In this document: positions 61,630-64,000 of the stretch, piece after piece
Layout: each line of letters opens with the position of its first letter
Numbering within the stretch: position 1 is the first letter of the stretch
NCBI GenBank assembly: GCA_014905635.1
Contig: JABVCE010000015.1
Location: 496,001 to 560,000 of the forward strand
Source of the DNA: Scenedesmus sp. PABB004
Taxonomy: Eukaryota
DNA: 64,000 nucleotides
Direction of reading: 5' to 3'
The notes under the pieces: generated by a model
What the model saw: only the letters and a program-made list of their open reading frames with translations
What the model was told of the DNA's origin: nothing
Database searches by the model: none
Program-made: the position numbers and the translations under genes

Positions 61630-64000
61630 ATGCACCGCGTCGACGCGCTGCTCGACCACTCGCTCGGCGTGCTGCGCACGTTCGAGAGCTGCGTGCAGCC
61701 ACGCCCGTTCTTCAGGTCTACGCCGCCGCGGCCGCCGCCGGCCGCCGGCCGCGCGCCGCGCGCCGCGCCCCGCCGCGCGACCCGCGCCGCGCCGCGCTTC
61801 GACAGGTTTGCGCCGCCCAAGGTCGCCGACCTGCGCGGCAAGGTGGCCGTCGTCACGGGTGCGGCGCGCCGGGCGCTGCGCCGCGCCGCGCGGCCTCTCG
61901 CGGCCTCGCGGCCACACGCGCGACCGCCGCGCCGCGCCGCCGCCGCGCAGGCGGCAGCAGCGGCGTCGCCAAGGAGGTCGCGCGCGACCTCGCGGCGCGC
62001 GGCGCGACCGTGTACGCCGGCTGCAGGTCGGCGGCGCGCTGCGCGCCGCGCCGCGTGGGCCGGCGGCCGGACCGCGCTCTGCTCACCTGCGCGCGCCTGC
62101 CCCGTGCCGCGCGCAGGCGCACGCACCTCGTGCCGACCGGCACCTACGCGCTCGGCGCGCCCACGCCCGCCGCGGCGCTCGCGCTGGCGCCGGCGCTGGC
62201 CGCCGACGCGCGGCGCGACCTCGGCGCCGCGCAGGGCTCAGCCGCGGCGGCGGTGCTCGGCGGCGCGAGCCGCCTGAGCCCGGGCGGCGTCGTCGCGTCG
62301 GCGGGCGTCGCCGCGCCGGCGCCGGACGGCGCCGTCGGCGCCGTGCACGCGCTGCACCTCAACCTCGCTGACACCGCGTCGGTCGAGGCGTTCGCGGGTG
62401 GGTGCGCGGGAGGAGAAGGGGGAGGGCTGCGCTCACGGCGGCCGCACGCTCAGCGCGTGGCCGAAACTCACACCCGCGCCCGCGCCGCCCGCGCGCAGGC
62501 CGCGTGCTCGAGGCGGCGGGGCGCGTCGACATGCTCGTGCTGTGCGCCGCGATCGCAGGCAAGCCGTACAAGCTCTCGCCGCAGGGCTTCGAGCTGCACT
62601 GGGCGACCAACTTCCTGGTGCGCCACGGCGCCGGCGGGCCTCGCGCACGCTGCACCGCCACACGCTGTGACCGCCGCCGCCGCTGCCGCCGCGCCCGCAC
62701 CTGGCCCCCCCAGGGCCACTTTGCGCTCACGCAGCACCTGCTGCCGGCGCTGCTCGACGCGCGGGTGCGGCCGCGCGCGCCTCGGCCGCCCCGCGCACCA
62801 CGCGCGTGCAGCTGCGCGGCGCGCCCACGCACACGCCCTGCTCGCACAGCGCTCTCACGCCCGGGCGCGCCTGCGCCTGCACAGGCGCGCGTCGTGGTGG
62901 TGTCGTCCATCCTGCACACCTACGCCGAGGACGCGGGGCCCCACTTCACCTATCCGGCCTGGCCCGCCCTGCTTGGCGTAGCCGGGGGCTGGTGGGCTTA
63001 CTGCCGGTGCGGCTGCCCCGCGGCCGGGCGTGGGCCGGCGGGCAGGGCGGGCGGCCGCGCGCCCGCGCGTGCTGCGCGCCGAGCTGCCTGGCGCCCATGA
63101 GCCGCTCCGCGCCGCGCCGCGTCGCGTCGCGCAGGTCCAACCTCGCAAAGACCTGGTTTGGCTACGAGCTCCAGCGGCGCCGTGAGCGCGCGCGCGCCGC
63201 GCGTGCGGGGCCCCGCGCGCCAGCCGCCCGCCGCCCCGAGCCCGCCGCCCCGCGCCCGCGCCGCGCCCGCCCAGACCCCGAGCTGACCGTGCCGCTGTGC
63301 CACCCGGGCGTGATCGACTCGGGGCTGACCGTCGTGCCGACCGCGGCGCTGCAGCGCGTCAAGGCGGGGCTGCTCATCTCGCCCGTCGACGGTGCGCGCA
63401 CGCTCCCCTCTGCGCGCCCGCACGCCCCTGTGCGCCCGCGCGCCCGCGCCGCCGCGCCGCCGCGCCGCCGCGCTGGGCGACGCGCCCGCCAACGCGCGCG
63501 CACCCGCCGCCGCCGGCGGCCTGCTCCCGCTGCCCCGCCCCCGCCCGCGCGTCGAGCACCCGCCGCCGGCGGCCTGCCCCACTGCCCCCGACCCCGCAGG
63601 CGCGCGCACGCCGCTCTACTGCGCGCTCTCGCCCGACGCGGTCGGCGGTCAGTTCTATCACAACGTCCTCGGCATCATCCCCAGGTGCGAGCCCAGCCGC
63701 AAGCCCAGAGGGTGCTAGATCAGCCTCACAGTCGGCCGCCGCCGCAGCGACCGCGCTGCACGCTGGATACAACGGCCGGCCAGGCGCGCACCGCCAACCT
63801 GTCGCCGCGCGCCGCGCGCACACGCAGCTCGTCCATGAGCTACGACGTCGCGCGCAGCGGCCCGTCGTACGAGGCCGCGCTGAGCATGATGTGGGCGCAC
63901 AAGAACGGCGGCCCCCCGGGCGGCGCGCGGCGCAGCGAGCGCGCGGCGCCGGCCGCAGCGCCGCAGGCGGCGGCCGAGGCGGGCGCGGGCGGCGAGCGTG
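61630..64000 (+). CDS. Short-chain dehydrogenase/reductase (retinol dehydrogenase/WWOX-like), multi-exon, no stop before the window end
   Basis: DLRGKVAVVT|GGSSGVAKEVARDLAARGA, LNLADTASV..FA, GFELHWATNFL|GHFALTQHLLP, RVVVVSS, AYC|RSNLAK, CHPGVIDS, GARTPLYCA. Confidence 0.88.

Overview
Eukaryotic nuclear DNA from an extremely GC-rich green alga. It is chlorophyte by gene content, intron style and UGUAA poly(A) signals; the species cannot be fixed from the sequence. The window is gene-dense, with about 16 mostly spliced genes, which I assembled by eye from exon fragments because most six-frame ORFs are GC-driven artefacts. In order: CFAP100-like, ZC2HC1-like zinc finger, intronless Rab1, chlorophyll synthase, a conserved plastid protein, a CBM1-GH9 cellulase, an OPR-like protein, a membrane protein with three CBM10/dockerin-like repeats, TIMELESS, eIF4A, a truncated U2AF65-like protein, MPC1, a secretory cyclophilin, a subtilisin, a strictosidine-synthase-like/glutaredoxin fusion and an SDR. 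The most striking unexplained structure is non-coding. (1) About six long stem-loops cluster at 56.4-57.6 kb, two of them paralogous, between two copies of a 222-bp glutaredoxin segment. (2) A second stem-loop cluster lies at 37.3-37.9 kb. (3) Two intronic hairpins share CCWGG-TGTTT...AAACA-CCTGG ends. These are candidate miRNA polycistrons or a MITE family. Also notable: at least 14 GC-AG introns, a duplicated alternative last exon in the cyclophilin, and unusual domain fusions. Gene boundaries are manual and approximate where stated.
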